DNA from: an uncultured Victivallis sp.
Lineage (GTDB): Bacteria; Verrucomicrobiota; Lentisphaeria; Victivallales; GWF2-50-93
Reading direction: 5' to 3'
DNA: 33,855 nucleotides
Assembly: GCA_964506605.1 (NCBI GenBank)
Contig: CAZDNQ010000001.1
Span: 1 to 33,855 of the forward strand
In this document: positions 32,091-33,855 of the stretch, piece after piece
How the letters are laid out: each line of letters opens with the position of its first letter
Position numbering within the stretch: position 1 is the stretch's first letter
Translations under genes and position numbers: made by a program
The notes under the pieces: generated by a model
Seen by the model: the letters and a program-made list of their open reading frames with translations, nothing else
What the model was told of the DNA's origin: nothing
Database searches by the model: none

Positions 32091-32117
32091 CTGTGTCTTC
32101 TGTGTGTTCTGTGGTGA
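32091..32117 (+). repeat. Three tandem 9-mers CTGTGTCTT / CTGTGTGTT / CTGTGGTGA in the ntrC-like/recN divergent intergenic region
   Basis: Direct reading of 32091-32117. The repeats lie about 65-90 nt upstream of the recN ATG. Confidence 0.5.
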
Positions 32118-32180
32118 AAATAATTATCTTTGATTTATTGTACACCTATGCAATTTTGTGGAGTTTAAAGGCAGTCTGAT

Positions 32181-33830
32181 ATGATTGAATGGATTAGAAT
32201 CAGGAATCTGGCCCTCATCGAGGAGGCCGAGATAGAGTTCAAGCCCGGCTTCAACGTCATCACAGGCGAGACCGGCGCCGGCAAGACCATCCTCATCGGG
32301 GCGATCGGCATGCTCCTCGGCGAACGCGCCGACAAGGGCGCCATCAGGACCGGATGCGACTCCTGCGAGATCTGCATGTCCTTCAACCTCCCTTCCAGGA
32401 TGAGGAAGCCCGTACTCGAGATCCTGGATGGCGCCGGACTCCCCCCTCCGGAAGACAGCACTATCCAGGTGCGTCGGACAATAACCGCGTCCAGCTCCAG
32501 GAACTTCGTCAACGACTCCCCTGCAACTCTTCAGACCTTGAAAAACCTCGGCAATATCCTCATCGACACGCACGGCCCCCACGAACACCAGTCGCTGCTG
32601 AGACAGTCGGTCCAGCTCGAACTCCTCGACCGCTACGGAGATCTTGAAAAGCTCACTTCGGAATCAACTTCCATCTTCTCTGATCTGAAAAAGACGAGAC
32701 TTGAGCGCGAAGAGCTTGAAAAGGGCATCCCCTCCTCTTCCGAAGCCGAACACTTCCGCTTCATCGTCTCCGAAATCGGGAAAGCCGGCGTAAATCCGGA
32801 AGAAGAAGAGGAACTTGTCACACGCCACAGGCTGGCGTCCAACTCACACGACATCCTCGAAACTGCCCAGAACGCCGTCGGAATGCTCAAGGAATCTGAA
32901 GGCTCCCTCACCGACAGGATTAGCGAGATATACCGCGTCATCCATGGCTTTGAAGGCGCAGATCCTGAGATGGCCGCAAAGTTCCTCAAGCAATGCGAAT
33001 CCCTGACGGAGAACGCGAACGAGCTTGCAGAAGGCATCCAGCGCTACACCGGGAACATCGAGCTTGATGAGAAGGAGTTCACGGAACTCGAGGAACGACT
33101 CCGCATAATCCAGAATCTCAAGAGAAGATATGGTCCGACGCTGGCGGATGTCATAAAATCCGCTGAGAACGCCAGGAAGAAGCTCGACGAGTTCGAGAAT
33201 TTCGAGAGCATCAGGAACTCCTTCGTCGAAAAGGAGAAATCCCTGAGCGACAAGCTCCTGAAAAAGTGTTCCGAGATATCGAAGAAGCGCAGGGAAATTT
33301 CCGCGAAGTTCGCAAAAAAGGTTTGTGCTGAACTCCGGAAGCTTGGATTTGCCAGATCCGATTTCACTGTCGACTTCAAGCAGATCGAGCCCGGCCCCTC
33401 CGGTTTCGATGTAGTTGACTTCATTTTCTCACCGAATCCCGGCGAGACAGCCAAGCCACTGCGAGAAATCGCAAGCAGCGGAGAAATTTCCAGGGTGATG
33501 CTCGCCTTGAAGACGGTTCTGTCGGCGGCTGACTCCATTCCGGTGCTGGTGTTCGATGAGATCGACGTGAACATCGGCGGCGAGACCGCGATGATCGTCG
33601 GACAGGAGCTCAAGGGACTTGGAGATTCACACCAGGTGCTCTGCATCTCTCATCTTCCGCAGGTCGCGGCATGCGCAGACACCCATTACAGCGTGGAGAA
33701 GTCGGTCGCCAAAGGGCGGACCTTCACTGCGATCTCCGTGCTCACCGGCGCCGACAGGAAATCCGAGATCGCAAGGATGCTCGGTGGCGGCAAGGCCGCC
33801 GAAAAACACGCCGAGGAAATGCTGAAATAA
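32181..33830 (+). CDS. recN: DNA repair protein RecN
   Basis: 549 aa with an N-terminal IRNLALIEEAEIEFKPGFNVITGETGAGKTIL (Walker A), a long coiled-coil middle, and C-terminal SGGEISRVMLALK (signature) and VLVFDEIDVNIGG (Walker B). Confidence 0.95.
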   Translation: MIEWIRIRNLALIEEAEIEFKPGFNVITGETGAGKTILIGAIGMLLGERADKGAIRTGCDSCEICMSFNLPSRMRKPVLEILDGAGLPPPEDSTIQVRRTITASSSRNFVNDSPATLQTLKNLGNILIDTHGPHEHQSLLRQSVQLELLDRYGDLEKLTSESTSIFSDLKKTRLEREELEKGIPSSSEAEHFRFIVSEIGKAGVNPEEEEELVTRHRLASNSHDILETAQNAVGMLKESEGSLTDRISEIYRVIHGFEGADPEMAAKFLKQCESLTENANELAEGIQRYTGNIELDEKEFTELEERLRIIQNLKRRYGPTLADVIKSAENARKKLDEFENFESIRNSFVEKEKSLSDKLLKKCSEISKKRREISAKFAKKVCAELRKLGFARSDFTVDFKQIEPGPSGFDVVDFIFSPNPGETAKPLREIASSGEISRVMLALKTVLSAADSIPVLVFDEIDVNIGGETAMIVGQELKGLGDSHQVLCISHLPQVAACADTHYSVEKSVAKGRTFTAISVLTGADRKSEIARMLGGGKAAEKHAEEMLK

Positions 33831-33855
33831 CCCCTTGATATACCCATTCCTGGGC

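Noticed and set aside
32088-32180. Canonical LexA/SOS box upstream of recN
   Set aside because: I see no CTGT-N8-ACAG, no GAAC-N4-GTTC and no TGTTC-N4-GAACA palindrome. Only the direct CTGTG repeats are present, and these are reported separately as an open observation.
1-33855. CRISPR arrays, transposons/IS elements, integrases, prophage or known defence-system genes; tRNA and rRNA genes
   Set aside because: Reading both strands, I recognised no regularly spaced direct repeats, no transposase, integrase or recombinase motifs, no terminal inverted repeats flanking a gene block and no tRNA T-arm-like sequences. The operon at 15.5-29.8 kb shows no obvious compositional break from its neighbours by eye.

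Overview
A 33.9-kb, gene-dense chromosomal window of moderate GC. I recognise no rRNA, tRNA, CRISPR array, transposase, integrase or phage genes. A DUF1559-type prepilin-like protein (..[24 protein letters not shown]..) heads an accessory operon, which suggests a PVC-group bacterium (Lentisphaerota, Kiritimatiellota, Verrucomicrobiota or Planctomycetota-like). That placement is inference only.

The window has three blocks.
(i) 1-7.7 kb is one long minus-strand run of housekeeping and envelope genes: SLT lytic transglycosylase, a DUF3047-like protein, a LysE-like protein, an OlsB/OlsA-like aminolipid acyltransferase pair, a CobS-like membrane protein, argS, a ceramidase-like 7TM protein and a DUF457 protein.
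(ii) 7.8-15.4 kb is an AraC-associated accessory locus. It encodes an amidohydrolase, a PHP metallohydrolase, a URO-D-family protein, a 778-aa lipoprotein of unknown function and the pilin-like DUF1559 protein.
(iii) 15.5-32 kb is the stand-out. It is a tightly coupled nine-gene plus-strand operon encoding two paralogous roughly 660-aa polytopic membrane proteins, a 1709-aa protein, a 311-aa unknown, an orphan PqqD/RRE-like protein, a minimal FtsX permease, two tandem ABC ATPases and a sensor-less histidine kinase. The 1709-aa protein fuses a roughly 1000-aa extracytoplasmic PA/M28-like module (apparently catalytically dead) plus a coiled coil to an FtsX/MacB-type permease.

Downstream of the operon lies a highly structured roughly 400-nt non-coding island. 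A convergent sigma54-dependent NtrC-type regulator follows, and its downstream spacer carries a consensus sigma54 promoter driving an unannotated 32-codon hydrophobic ORF. recN closes the window. I cannot match the ABC/FtsX system to any described system. All functional calls come from motif recognition by eye and need HMM or structure searches.
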